A stretch of 64,000 nt of DNA from a virus (Duplodnaviria > Heunggongvirae > Uroviricota > Caudoviricetes). A model generated the notes under the pieces. The model had not been told where the DNA came from, made no database searches, and saw only the letters and a list, made by a program, of their open reading frames with translations. The DNA lies in IMG/VR virus record IMGVR_UViG_3300049049_000146, positions 291,216 through 355,215 of that record; one strand, written 5' to 3'. Shown here one piece after another: positions 1 to 10,307 of the stretch (positions are counted from its first letter, which is position 1; the number at the start of each line of letters is the position of its first letter). The position numbers and the translations under genes are program-made.

Positions 1-611
1 GCGCGGATTCGACGACCGAAGCGAGCATTGTTCTCGACCTCAGTACCGCCCTCTACACGTTCACGGTTGATTACGCCGTCAATTCCTCGAACCTGGCCCT
101 GAATGTTGACGATACGATTCGGCGGAACCTCGAACAGAGGACCAGAACCAAGTGCTTCCACCGGGACTTTGATTTCGTACCGGCGCGCACTTGCGTTGTA
201 GAACGACGACAATGACGATCCGAGAATGAATGCGTCGCGCAGCGTGCGGTACGCAATAGTGCTGTCCGTCGTCGTCACCACAGTGCCAGCAGGAATGACA
301 ACAACCTCATCAGCAGACAATGCGACGTACGTGTAGAAGATCACGTTACCGCGAGCAGCGCGACCCTGGCTCTTACGGATGCCGTGGTTGGCCCCGTACA
401 GCTGGAGTACCTCAGGATTCCTAGAGAGGACGTAATCAAGGCTGTAGCGTCTGCTCAGATCGTCGTAGAGCAGTTCTACGCTGCGTAGCTGCGCAGCCTG
501 AGGGCGGATGAAGATGTCGAACACAGGTCCCTTGACCGTGTCGATAGACGAGTCCTGATTCTCGATTGAACGAGCAAGAGACTCTTCGATTTGTCGCAAG
601 GTTCTTGCCAC
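1..611 (-). CDS. Baseplate J/gp6-like wedge protein (3' end runs off the window)
   Basis: Manual translation from GTG 611 (GAGG upstream): MARTLRQIEESLARS...YGANHGIRKSQGRAARGNVIF...IPAGTVVTT...VPVEALGSG...IDGVINRERVEGGTEVE. This is the typical baseplate J pattern; the ORF is missing from the track because it is partial. Confidence 0.8.
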   Translation of the reverse strand, partial: MARTLRQIEESLARSIENQDSSIDTVKGPVFDIFIRPQAAQLRSVELLYDDLSRRYSLDYVLSRNPEVLQLYGANHGIRKSQGRAARGNVIFYTYVALSADEVVVIPAGTVVTTTDSTIAYRTLRDAFILGSSLSSFYNASARRYEIKVPVEALGSGPLFEVPPNRIVNIQGQVRGIDGVINRERVEGGTEVENNARFGRRIR

Positions 612-619
612 GGCTGACC

Positions 620-1114
620 TCAGAACGGACGAGTGTCGTCCGTTACGATAGAACCAGGAAGGTTAGGCTGCGCGGAATTGAGGAATTGGTGACGGAGGTT
701 GACGCGGAATGACGAAGGGACCTTGTCGGGGCCCGCCATCGGATGCACGTCGATCCAAAGAATGTAGCCAGTCTGAGAAATCTGAAACACGCGAATCGTC
801 CCAACCTCTTTGATTGCTTCGAAAGCCGTCAACTGGTCCTGGCGTGTGTTCTGAAGCGCCTGAAGACGGTCAATCGCGTCACGAGCACGTTGCATCAAGA
901 ACGCCTTGTTGAAGATGCCAAGGACACCAGCACGAACAGGCTGGTCGTTCAAAGAGGCAAGCTCAGAACCAAACTGGCGGTCGGGGTCGTACTCCGTTAA
1001 AAGAGCATCAGCCGTATCTTGCGATAGCTTCTCGATGCCCTCGATGTATTCGGGGCGACCATTGCTCGTCGGCAGATAGATATCTCCGTCAATTTTCTTC
1101 AACGTTTTCGACAT
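620..1114 (-). CDS. gp25/W-like baseplate wedge protein
   Basis: 164 aa, 'DGDIYL...G..KLSQD..LLT.....FGSEL' pattern, immediately upstream of the J-like gene. Confidence 0.6.
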   Translation of the reverse strand: MSKTLKKIDGDIYLPTSNGRPEYIEGIEKLSQDTADALLTEYDPDRQFGSELASLNDQPVRAGVLGIFNKAFLMQRARDAIDRLQALQNTRQDQLTAFEAIKEVGTIRVFQISQTGYILWIDVHPMAGPDKVPSSFRVNLRHQFLNSAQPNLPGSIVTDDTRPF

Positions 1115-1115
1115 G

Positions 1116-1658
1116 TTATTCGTACGTAGCTAGAACACGAATCCAGGATTGCAATTCCGACCTAAAGTTCGCGTTGCCTGAAGCTTCCGCCCGAGAGCGA
1201 AGAACGTTCAAGACGGAGTAATTGAATTGATACCGATCGCGCAGTTCCGCCAAGGGGCCGAGGCTGGTATTGATCGCTTCTTGTAGGAGGGAAGTCTCAC
1301 CTACGTCAGTGAATCCCTCGGCAACATTGCTGAACGAGTCGCGAATTTGGTCGTACAGTTCAGTGTAGTTGTCGAAAGCGCGCAACGACTCAGTGTCGTT
1401 ACGAAGTTCCTCTTCAAGAAACTCAGAAAGTAGGTCGGCCCTGTCCTCCAGGTCGTTAGGGTTGTTCTCTAGGATAACCTGGAAGAAGTTTGCGATCTGA
1501 TTCCGAACCGATACGGGGGTCAAGATCAGGAAGATCTCGAATTCCTCGGAGATTTCGCTGGCCGTAGCGGTCAGGGACGAGAAAAGCTCGGGTCGATTAC
1601 CATCACCACGAGCTTGACTTGAGACTCTCTCCGCTTCTTCTGCGGTAAGCGTGCGCAT
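1116..1658 (-). CDS. Hypothetical protein (tail module)
   Basis: 180-aa acidic helical ORF, tightly coupled to its neighbours. Confidence 0.6.
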   Translation of the reverse strand: MRTLTAEEAERVSSQARGDGNRPELFSSLTATASEISEEFEIFLILTPVSVRNQIANFFQVILENNPNDLEDRADLLSEFLEEELRNDTESLRAFDNYTELYDQIRDSFSNVAEGFTDVGETSLLQEAINTSLGPLAELRDRYQFNYSVLNVLRSRAEASGNANFRSELQSWIRVLATYE

Positions 1659-3520
1659 TAGCCACCTACTGAGATGTCCGCACCTGCCGTAAACCCTGCG
1701 AGAGCGCGGTCTTGGAGGAGCGAAATCAGCTGGGCTACTTCAGGAGGGGCACAACCACCCGAACCTGAAGTGTCACCAGACGTGTACGAAGATCCCGACG
1801 TGTTCCTCTGCATGAGGTTGAGTCGGAGGCTCAGGCTGAGGCTCACCGAAGACATACGAAGCGAGCGTAGGTTAGCGATCGAGCGGTCGAACAGACTCGT
1901 CATGAAGTCCATCGCCACCTTGATAGCACCCATCGCGTCGATCATCTCGCCTGGAAGCTCAAAACCCTCAGCCTCAAGACGCTCGCTCTGGCATTCCAAA
2001 GCTCCACCACTGAACGAGTTCTGCGAAATGAAGCTCGTCGGTACGAACGAACCCATACAGGAAATCGAGGAAGCACTCGAAAACACCGAGGTGACCGAAT
2101 CAATGTAGCTCTGGATAGAGGCGACCTGCCCCTCTACACGAGAGATGATTGATTCAATCAGACTCACCGTAGAAGATCCGGGAGTTCCAGGAGTACCCGG
2201 CCCGCCAAATCCACCCACGCCAACGGTAATCGAAGCCGACGCTGACGCAGCAGGAGCGCCAAACGCAGGCGAGAAGCCTGAGCCGAACAAGCAATTGAAG
2301 AGGCCGTTGGCCTGGTCGTTGAACACCGTGTTGACGACGTTCTGGAGGTTCGTAAGCTCGTTCAGTGTCTGCGTTACAGTACCTTGAATCTCGTCAAGAA
2401 CCGCCTGCATCACGTCCAGCTGTGCCTGCAGAGCGCCTGCAACCCCTTCAGCAAACTGCTGAGCAGGCCCCGTACTCGCTGCGGAAAACTGCCTGATTGA
2501 GGCAAATGTATCACTGAGTCTGAACGTTTTGTTGATGTCGATTACACCGACAAGTGACGCCGAGGGTGAGGTGAAATCCTGAAATCCTGAAGGGCCCGCA
2601 CCGCCCGAGGACCTCGATAGGGAATCTCGGAGAACTCGCGCGACTTCCAGCGCCGTCGCGTCCAACGAAACAGGACCACGTGCCCGGTCGATAACCGCAT
2701 CAGCGTCGTCCCCAAAGGCACCGCTGACACGAGCGATGTCCATCGGATCGTCGATCTTGTACACGAAGAGGTTTCCTCTCGACGTCAACGAGACCATATC
2801 GACGAATTGGTCATTCGTGAAGCCAAGAAGGCGGGCTTTTGCCCTATTCAGTTCACTCGCTTCAGGGCGGCCGAGCCAAATGATGTAGAGCTTCAACTCG
2901 CTAGCGGGAACACCAGCAGTTAGCGCCGCTCGCGAAATGGGCACGTCGATCCCAGCCGTAACTTCGACTTCGATGACCTTCTCAGGATCACACTTGGATG
3001 CTGCGATCACCGTGCGCTTCATGTACGTCGCAGCGAAAATGAAGCGCCGAGTGAATGTCATCGTACGTCGGTACGAACGCTCAGACCCTGGGTCGATGAC
3101 TACGCCTTCAAGTTCGGGCGTGATCGCTCGAATTCCTTCGAGGCCGCCAACCAAACGGGCCAGAATCTTGATCGGTCGAAGGTCGACCGTACCAGCAGGA
3201 ATGATTCGACCCTCAACTGCAAGCAAACCGAAGCGGTCAGTAAAGGTCGATTCAATATCCTCAGACGTTTCGCCTGTGATCATGCCAGAAGCGTCGATCA
3301 GTGCCTCTGTGCTCGTGTCAGCGATGGCTAAGGTAGCGTCAAGGTCACGACGCAGGGGAACAAGATAGTCAGTCGACAAAGCCGCCGACGTAGCCGCTAC
3401 CTCGCCCAGCAAACGCCGGGTCTCAAGCAGACGCTCGCCTAGTCGCTCCTGATAGGAAATCAGGGCAGCGTCTACGGCGGAATCAATGCGGCAGCGAACG
3501 TACGTCGGCGTAAACGGCAT
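1658..3520 (-). CDS. Hypothetical virion/tail protein
   Basis: 620-aa ORF overlapping the next start; Ser/Gly-rich helical C-terminal half. Confidence 0.6.
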   Translation of the reverse strand: MPFTPTYVRCRIDSAVDAALISYQERLGERLLETRRLLGEVAATSAALSTDYLVPLRRDLDATLAIADTSTEALIDASGMITGETSEDIESTFTDRFGLLAVEGRIIPAGTVDLRPIKILARLVGGLEGIRAITPELEGVVIDPGSERSYRRTMTFTRRFIFAATYMKRTVIAASKCDPEKVIEVEVTAGIDVPISRAALTAGVPASELKLYIIWLGRPEASELNRAKARLLGFTNDQFVDMVSLTSRGNLFVYKIDDPMDIARVSGAFGDDADAVIDRARGPVSLDATALEVARVLRDSLSRSSGGAGPSGFQDFTSPSASLVGVIDINKTFRLSDTFASIRQFSAASTGPAQQFAEGVAGALQAQLDVMQAVLDEIQGTVTQTLNELTNLQNVVNTVFNDQANGLFNCLFGSGFSPAFGAPAASASASITVGVGGFGGPGTPGTPGSSTVSLIESIISRVEGQVASIQSYIDSVTSVFSSASSISCMGSFVPTSFISQNSFSGGALECQSERLEAEGFELPGEMIDAMGAIKVAMDFMTSLFDRSIANLRSLRMSSVSLSLSLRLNLMQRNTSGSSYTSGDTSGSGGCAPPEVAQLISLLQDRALAGFTAGADISVGG

Positions 3521-3522
3521 TG

Positions 3523-4119
3523 TCAGACCTGAACAGGCTCCTGAATGGTGATCACGAACTCATACGCACTCTTCGCGTATCCGAGTTCTTGCACGTAACC
3601 ACCAGAAGGAGGCGTGGGGTTGGTCGTCAGCTGACCGGCTGTACCAATGTAGTACACCGTATCAGGCGTAAGAGGAATGAAATTCAATCCAAGGTTCTCG
3701 GTGTACACGAACGAACCAAGGTTTTGAACGCGAGCAGTAGTCGGAGACGGCAACGAAGTCACAACGCCAACGACAGGACCAGTGGTGTACGAAGCATTGC
3801 TTGCGACAGACACGGTATCATTGCTCGAAATGTAGACCCACTCGCCCACGTTGATGGTACCAGACGTGTTGAACAACAACGTCGGGGTGACCGCGGATCC
3901 TTGCTGGCCCAGCTGACCGTAGATCGTGTTGATCTGCGAGTTGAAGTAGGCGTTCGACGGGTTCTGTGTACCAGACAAGGCGTCTGCCCACGCCTGGACA
4001 ACCATGTTGTAGTTCGCGCTGCCGCCATTCTGCAGAGCGGGAACATTCATCTGCGACCGAAGATTCGACTTGATCGCTTCAGCTAGAGTATTCGGGTCGA
4101 TTTCAGGAAACTGCGGCAT
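3523..4119 (-). CDS. Virion structural protein with DUF2190/cement-like beta domain
   Basis: ATG 4119 (MPQFPEID); 'VGEWVYIS...VVGVV...TVYYIGTAGQLTTNP...QELGYA' resembles small phage beta-sandwich fibre/cement domains. Confidence 0.55.
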   Translation of the reverse strand: MPQFPEIDPNTLAEAIKSNLRSQMNVPALQNGGSANYNMVVQAWADALSGTQNPSNAYFNSQINTIYGQLGQQGSAVTPTLLFNTSGTINVGEWVYISSNDTVSVASNASYTTGPVVGVVTSLPSPTTARVQNLGSFVYTENLGLNFIPLTPDTVYYIGTAGQLTTNPTPPSGGYVQELGYAKSAYEFVITIQEPVQV

Positions 4120-4120
4120 G

Positions 4121-5383
4121 TCACAACGCCTTTGTGTTCGTGGTTGTATAGGACTGAAGACAGGTGTCCAGAGCAATAAGATACGTGAAAATCGTGTTCA
4201 GCGGACCGGCGAGAGCAGCCAAAGGCCCCGCCGAGGTGGCCGCTGTAGCTGAGGTGGCTCCCGAAACGAGCGCAGCCCCGCCTACAGACTGCAGAATGTT
4301 ATTGATCGAGTCAGCGTAATAAAGCGTATGCGCCATCGCGCGCTGATCCGTTCCCAACGTAACGCTCGTGCTGTTCATAACGATCGAGTTCTGACCATCC
4401 ATCTTGATGTCATCAGCGCTGATCGTGGCCGTATTCTCTACGTCCATTAGAAGGTTCCGGCCGATGTTGTGCTGCTCGTCGCGGCCCACCGTAATCTTCA
4501 CATCCGTGCGCTCGACGTCGATATTGACGCCGTAGCTCGCATTCGATGGGAGCATTACGTTGACGTTGCCCTCCTCATCAAGCTCAACTAGCGTTTGTTC
4601 TGACTGCACGGTGCCGTACACCGTACGGCTTCGAAGCTTCTTTCCAGTTACGTCAGACTCCATCTCTTCGCCATCATTGTCAATGACGTGACCTTCACGA
4701 TGGTCGACCAGCGTGTACGGGGGAGCCTTGCTTGCGATGTTTCTCAGGTACTCCTTCGCAAATACGCGGCTCGAAGCACCCTCAGGCTGGATTCTCACGT
4801 ACTTGTCCTGCGTCTCATCAGTGGAATTGACGCGCTTGACGACGCCAAAACGAATCTCACTAGAGATTTCGGACACCTCGTTATCGAGTGTACGCTGAAT
4901 GATCGTCGGGGCCTTGGAATTGATCTCCAATTTCTCGACGGACATGATGGACGTCAGAGGCCCGGCACGATGTGAAAGCGTACCTCCCTGTGCCCAGTGC
5001 GTTTGGGCTAGTCCGTTGGAGCTAACATCAATCTCACCTTCCCGAAGGCGACGGTAGTAGAAGTTGTTGTCTCTGTAAGTCGAGTCGATTTGGCCCTGAG
5101 ATGAAGCCTCAGCTACGTAAGCAGAGATGAACGGCTCACCTGAATCTGCGCGAGAGTTCACGATTAGTCGTGTTGCGCGCTCAGGCATGACCCGGATCCA
5201 GCTGCCGGGGCCGAGATACGGGTGAGAAATCGGAATGGTGCGGCCCGAACGAGGGCCCTCGAACGTAATCTGATCACGCTGCGGATTCGTTGAGATAAGC
5301 ACAGCGCCATAAGGGCGCTTCGCGTACTCGACGTCCGTTCCGTGCAACCTTCTTTGGATCTGAACTTCGCGTCCTGCGCTCAT
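4121..5383 (-). CDS. Putative baseplate central spike (gp5/gpV-like)
   Basis: N-terminal OB-like 'IPISHPYLGPGSWIRVMPE' and a C-terminal beta-helix-like repeat 'VKITVGRDEQHNIGRNLLMDVEN'; follows the hub gene. Confidence 0.55.
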   Translation of the reverse strand: MSAGREVQIQRRLHGTDVEYAKRPYGAVLISTNPQRDQITFEGPRSGRTIPISHPYLGPGSWIRVMPERATRLIVNSRADSGEPFISAYVAEASSQGQIDSTYRDNNFYYRRLREGEIDVSSNGLAQTHWAQGGTLSHRAGPLTSIMSVEKLEINSKAPTIIQRTLDNEVSEISSEIRFGVVKRVNSTDETQDKYVRIQPEGASSRVFAKEYLRNIASKAPPYTLVDHREGHVIDNDGEEMESDVTGKKLRSRTVYGTVQSEQTLVELDEEGNVNVMLPSNASYGVNIDVERTDVKITVGRDEQHNIGRNLLMDVENTATISADDIKMDGQNSIVMNSTSVTLGTDQRAMAHTLYYADSINNILQSVGGAALVSGATSATAATSAGPLAALAGPLNTIFTYLIALDTCLQSYTTTNTKAL

Positions 5384-5385
5384 AT

Positions 5386-8300
5386 TCAACCTTCACGACT
5401 ACGATACGTCGCTTCTGCCATCTCTCTTGTAAGTCTGGCCTGATCCGGAAGGGGCTCACCAGGCTGACGAGGGACATTCCCTTCATATCGCTCAGGAGGA
5501 CAGGTATCAGGAGCAACCGCCCCAGAGAAGAGCGCCTTCTGGCGATCCCTCTGCGCAGTGTATTCCTCAAGTTCCGCCAGCGTACGCTCGTTCCTACGAA
5601 TCACAGCGTCACGTGCTTGCTGCTGTCTACGCAGGCGGACGCCAGTAGCTGATGAATCAACTTCAGGCACAGGCTCCGTCGTAAATCTGCGGGGCTCGGC
5701 AGGCAAACGCAACGCGGGAATGCCCTTGAGACCCCAATCACGGTAGTAGGCTTGCAGCGAAATCACGTCAGTTCGGCTCGGCTCTCGTGCCGCAGGATTC
5801 GTAGCATCGGAGAACGGGTCAGCCTGCGGCACCGGACTGTAGAACAGGAACGTGCGAGGGAGCACGAAATTACCGTCACGACGCGGAAGGAACGTAAGAT
5901 CGAAACGCTGCGCAAGCTCGGGGCTGATCGTCGCCATCGAAATGGTAGCGCTGCCTACGCCGTTAACCAAACGCTGACCCGCGGTGACGGCAGAGGCACT
6001 AACGTCGACCAACGTGGCGCGAAGTCTGGTGACCTCGGGGAATTGAGAGGGGACGTAGCGATCGTACGTCGGAGAATACTTGATGACCGCTGTCTCGAAG
6101 TGAATATGGGTCATCGTTTCCCGGCGCTCTGTGCCGGAGAATCCACAGTACGAAATGACTTGGTGTCTTTTAACAGCAGCACCAAGCTCGATTTCGTCAG
6201 CCAGACGCCGCTGATGTCGATAGAATGTGCAGAACCCGCCCTTGTGGATGAGTCCGACACCCATACCCTGGCCGTCGCCGTCCTCAGGTGAAATGTAGAA
6301 GACGACACCGTCAGCAACTGCGTAGACTGGTTCGTCGAGATCCATCGGAATATCAACGCCAGGATGCCACCCACCGCTACGCGCACCGAAAGGTGACGTT
6401 ACAATGCGAGGGAATTCTCCCGCAAACTGCCACGTACCCACGCCACGCGGAATCTGGTCATCGGGAAGACGACCTTCAGCGTAGCTTTCAAGCACACGAC
6501 GACGTTGTCCCGACTGAATCGCGCTGCGGAACGCGGCCCACAGCGGATACGTACGACGAGCAGCACCTGTAGGGGCGCTGAAAAGGTCAGGATCGCCTGG
6601 GTAGCAGGGTGGACCAGGATCTTCCGGGCCCTGCGGGTCAGAATCGCGCTCGCTCTCGTCAAGAGGCTGCACGGTTGAGCGCACGCCGGTAACTCCGACG
6701 TCAGGACGTACGCCTGCGCTTGCGCTTCGAGACGTGCGAGGTTCGATTCCTGAGTCGCGCAGCGACTGAAGAACCTCGTCGGCCTGAGCACGCAGGTCGC
6801 GCAAGGCTTCCTGTCGTTCAGACTCAGACATTGACCCCGCAGAAGTCATCAGTTCAGCTACGCGTGCGTCCAACTCACGGAGAGCAATGATGCGCTCGTC
6901 CTCTTCACCCTCAGGGCGAGTACGCTCACCTTGGAACGAGGCAGCCAACACGTTGTACGTATCCTGCCTATTCGGCAGAATTGCGTTGTAGTGCTCGCGA
7001 AGCTCACGGAACTGCTCTGCGGTAACGCTGCCGCCCTCTGACTGAAGAGATTGGATGGCGCTACGGAACTCGTTCACCCGCTCCTGAATCGTTTGCAGGA
7101 CCTGCCCGTCGCCTCCTACACGCTGGCCGAAGTACATCGGCTGAGAAGGGCCGCCTGTAATGAACCTAGGCACGCCAAGCTCATCAAAAGAACGACTGTA
7201 GTTCAGCGTGATGTTCATCGTGGGTGGGCTGTGACCCACGCCAGCGCCGTTCGTAACAGGAAGCTGCCAGCTGACGTTCTCAACCAGCGCAAAGCGATCT
7301 CGGTACTTGTTGAATACGGGCTTGTTGATCAGAAGCCACGGACGGAAAGCAATCTGAATCTGATAGCGGTCGGCTGCTGCAAGCAACTTTTGAAATTCGA
7401 GCGAAGCAAGCTGGTTGAGTCGGTCCTGGTTGACGATTTGCGGGAAGCTACGCACGCGAACGTTCAATCCGTGCCTAGAAGCCATGGAAGGCGACCAGAT
7501 ACCGACCGAATTCGGGATGAATCGTCCGAAACTCTCGGGGTCCGACACGTCTGCTCGACCGGTATAAGACCCGTTAACCACCACAGCGGTAACGACTTCG
7601 CCGCCTTCCTCGTCAAAGCTCTCGTTCTTGAGATGGTGGTCTAGCGTCAGAACCTCCTGCCACGGACCATAATCCCGTGGATTGAAGTCGTACTGCGCGA
7701 ATTCAAAGATGAGGTCGCCTGCTCCGCTGACCCAGAAGCGATAATCAACAGTCTCACAAGCGTCCACGATCAACTGAAGACGTGTAGTCCAGTTGTGATT
7801 CTGAGCAACAGCCTGACCTGCGATAGTCGCCATTTCCCAGATCAAATCACCAAAAGGTGTGTCGATACCGGGAAGGGCCATATGAACTGCCTGCGCATCA
7901 GGCTGCCACAAGCCTTCGCGGCGCGTCTGGCGACCAGCGGCGTGTACTTCACGCTCTCTCCAGTAGCGACGATAAACCGCGCTGTGATCTACAGGAGAGT
8001 CCTGTACCTCACCCGTACGTGAAATAGGCTCGTGCCTACGAGGTGACGAGAAGAAACAGAGGTTGTACCAGCGCGCCCACCACCTACGAACAGTCGAATC
8101 GTCACGAACGGAGGGGTAGTAGCATTCGTGCATGTACGAACGAGGAGGATCCGTAGGGACCGCTTCGTCGTCGTAAGGGAATACACCCGGACGCATACGG
8201 CCGATACGCCCTGAACCGTTCGACTGCACTCGACGATATTCGATGCGCTGCGAAGCCACACCTGAAACGTCGGATTCGCTGGTCCCTGGGGGAGCAACTG

Positions 8301-9699
8301 GAGTAGTTCCCGGCTCTCTCGCCTGCGTCAATGTAGGGTCAAGCTCAGGCTGATCGGTTGGCGAATCGGCAACAGGCGTCGCAGCGGGCTGCAGATCCTC
8401 CAAGCTGCCACCGAGCAGGCGGAATTGATTGGAGAGATCGTCGTATTCCTCGCGCTCCTCGGCACTCAACACGTCCAGAGAGCCGCCCGCGGCCTGAACA
8501 CGCTGACGAAGCACAGAAAGACGCTCACCAATCGCCGCTGCTTCACGGCGACGTGCGGTCTGAAGGCGGCTATCGACTGTCTGATCGGCCTCGTCCGTGA
8601 GGCGCTGCGAATCGCCAACGAACGTCAGGGCAGCAATCAGGTCGGGGAACGGAAGAGAGACCCAAGGATTAGCGTACTGCGAGCTACGGACGAGGTCCGT
8701 GAAGAAGCTATTGCTGAATTGCTGGTTCGACTGAGGGCTGAAGATTCGAAGGCCAGTGAAGGGCTGCTGGTTCGTAGGGTCAGCCCCCTGCGTCGCCTGC
8801 TGACTTGGAAGGCATGCCAGCACGTTGTTCGAATTCACGCGCATGCTTGACATCAGGTGACGAATGTCAGCGCAAGAAATCGAAATGGTATTCCTACCCG
8901 TGATGTAATCCTCACTGATAGGCTTGCTTACAACGTATCCGGTAAATACTGGAATCCACTCATCAAATTCAGACGCAGGGTTGTGAATCCACACGCGCAC
9001 GCAGTCGTTCTTGTGAAAGACCGTGCTCCAGTGGTGAAGCGGAAAGCGACGTCCGCCTGATTCGTCGTCGATCGGGTTGTAGTCGATGTCCCGCTTACGT
9101 CGGAACATCGCAGCCTTAGCAGATTCGTCGTAGTCAAAGTCTACAACACGCCCATCTTCGCCACTCGATGTTCTGAAGCGATTCAGCTGAATATTTTCTG
9201 GCGTCAGAGTGAATCTGTGCCCCGCATTATCGAGCGTGAGATCGCACTTGTTTGGCTCGGCACCGGATCCATAGCTCACGGAAATGTGGCCGGACAGGAA
9301 GGGTGTTACGTTCTGCCCCTCGATGTAAACGATCACGTCATGGTAGTAGACCTGGTGCACCCTTTCGGTGAAGTAGTGCGGCGCGTAAGCTCGGCGAGGA
9401 CGCGTAGCTTCGGTCGAAGCTGTCGAGGTACCGGGCACCTCTTCAGTTTCGTCCTCCGATCGAGAAGAAACAGTTGACGTAGCAGCACGTTCGGCTGCTG
9501 CCGCCTGCTGCTGAGGCGTAAGGCCGTCAGCTAGGGGTACCTGGTCAACGATCGTTTCCGTATGCGGAAGGTCTTGCTCAGCAATTCCTTCAGCAAGACC
9601 ACGATCATCGACAAGACTAGGCGTAGCAGCAAGCTCTTCGCCTGGGCGGCGAAGCCTGCTAGCGTCCTGTCCTCTGATGAATCTTAGCTCGTCAGCCAT
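5386..9699 (-). CDS. Baseplate hub-like protein fused to an M23 peptidoglycan endopeptidase
   Basis: 1437 aa. Hub-like motifs (CDLTLDN, VFTGYV, ISISCAD, FWVSGAGDLIF) plus M23 motifs TSPFGAR..HPGVD, VYAVADGVV, FYRH, G.SG...HIHFE. Confidence 0.75.
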   Translation of the reverse strand: MADELRFIRGQDASRLRRPGEELAATPSLVDDRGLAEGIAEQDLPHTETIVDQVPLADGLTPQQQAAAAERAATSTVSSRSEDETEEVPGTSTASTEATRPRRAYAPHYFTERVHQVYYHDVIVYIEGQNVTPFLSGHISVSYGSGAEPNKCDLTLDNAGHRFTLTPENIQLNRFRTSSGEDGRVVDFDYDESAKAAMFRRKRDIDYNPIDDESGGRRFPLHHWSTVFHKNDCVRVWIHNPASEFDEWIPVFTGYVVSKPISEDYITGRNTISISCADIRHLMSSMRVNSNNVLACLPSQQATQGADPTNQQPFTGLRIFSPQSNQQFSNSFFTDLVRSSQYANPWVSLPFPDLIAALTFVGDSQRLTDEADQTVDSRLQTARRREAAAIGERLSVLRQRVQAAGGSLDVLSAEEREEYDDLSNQFRLLGGSLEDLQPAATPVADSPTDQPELDPTLTQAREPGTTPVAPPGTSESDVSGVASQRIEYRRVQSNGSGRIGRMRPGVFPYDDEAVPTDPPRSYMHECYYPSVRDDSTVRRWWARWYNLCFFSSPRRHEPISRTGEVQDSPVDHSAVYRRYWREREVHAAGRQTRREGLWQPDAQAVHMALPGIDTPFGDLIWEMATIAGQAVAQNHNWTTRLQLIVDACETVDYRFWVSGAGDLIFEFAQYDFNPRDYGPWQEVLTLDHHLKNESFDEEGGEVVTAVVVNGSYTGRADVSDPESFGRFIPNSVGIWSPSMASRHGLNVRVRSFPQIVNQDRLNQLASLEFQKLLAAADRYQIQIAFRPWLLINKPVFNKYRDRFALVENVSWQLPVTNGAGVGHSPPTMNITLNYSRSFDELGVPRFITGGPSQPMYFGQRVGGDGQVLQTIQERVNEFRSAIQSLQSEGGSVTAEQFRELREHYNAILPNRQDTYNVLAASFQGERTRPEGEEDERIIALRELDARVAELMTSAGSMSESERQEALRDLRAQADEVLQSLRDSGIEPRTSRSASAGVRPDVGVTGVRSTVQPLDESERDSDPQGPEDPGPPCYPGDPDLFSAPTGAARRTYPLWAAFRSAIQSGQRRRVLESYAEGRLPDDQIPRGVGTWQFAGEFPRIVTSPFGARSGGWHPGVDIPMDLDEPVYAVADGVVFYISPEDGDGQGMGVGLIHKGGFCTFYRHQRRLADEIELGAAVKRHQVISYCGFSGTERRETMTHIHFETAVIKYSPTYDRYVPSQFPEVTRLRATLVDVSASAVTAGQRLVNGVGSATISMATISPELAQRFDLTFLPRRDGNFVLPRTFLFYSPVPQADPFSDATNPAAREPSRTDVISLQAYYRDWGLKGIPALRLPAEPRRFTTEPVPEVDSSATGVRLRRQQQARDAVIRRNERTLAELEEYTAQRDRQKALFSGAVAPDTCPPERYEGNVPRQPGEPLPDQARLTREMAEATYRSREG

Positions 9700-9745
9700 T
9701 CTTACCCAAGTGAAGACTACTCGTAGAGATAACCCAGAATGGCCA

Positions 9746-9782
9746 GAAAAACAAACGCCCCAGCGGGGGTGCCGGGGCGTTT
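9746..9782 (-). terminator. Intrinsic terminator separating the replication block from the tail block
   Basis: AAACGCCCC/GGGGCGTTT stem followed by a T-run on the minus strand. Confidence 0.75.
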
Positions 9783-9794
9783 CTTCGAGACGAA

Positions 9795-10307
9795 CTACTG
9801 AATTTCTTCAGCGATTCTGCCTGGTTTGCAGACTCTATCCACGTGATAGGTCATCCAGGGGTCGGCGACAGCACACTGGGTGACTCCGATGGTCTTCAAA
9901 CCCAACATAGAGGCGTAAGCTAACTCCAACCCCACTCGACCACGACCGAGCGAATCGAGGTCAACGACGAAGTAATCGGAGCGCAGGAGCACCCACAGGT
10001 CCTGCATGACCAACCCTTCGATGTTAAAAGGGTTCTGCATGGCGTAGGCAGAGATTTTGTCACCTCTGGCTTCAAGCAATGAAGGAGTTAGGCGAGCAGA
10101 ATAGCGCCCGGAAGCGACCGTACTAAGGCGTTCAACCCGTGACGCACTTACCGACCGAGAAGCAAGTTCAACCATCGTCTGCGGTACGATCTGCCCACCA
10201 GACAAGTAGAACGCCGCTCTGTCCTTGAACTGAGCGATCGTTTCTTCAACCCAAGTAGGGACGTCGCGAGAGTCGCAGGGGTACCCTACGTAGATGACAT
10301 TGATCAT
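9795..10307 (-). CDS. Nucleoside 2-deoxyribosyltransferase-like protein
   Basis: 'IYVGYP...DLWVLLRSDYFVVDL...G.GLELAYASMLGLKTIGV' matches the NDT-fold signature. Confidence 0.65.
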   Translation of the reverse strand: MINVIYVGYPCDSRDVPTWVEETIAQFKDRAAFYLSGGQIVPQTMVELASRSVSASRVERLSTVASGRYSARLTPSLLEARGDKISAYAMQNPFNIEGLVMQDLWVLLRSDYFVVDLDSLGRGRVGLELAYASMLGLKTIGVTQCAVADPWMTYHVDRVCKPGRIAEEIQ

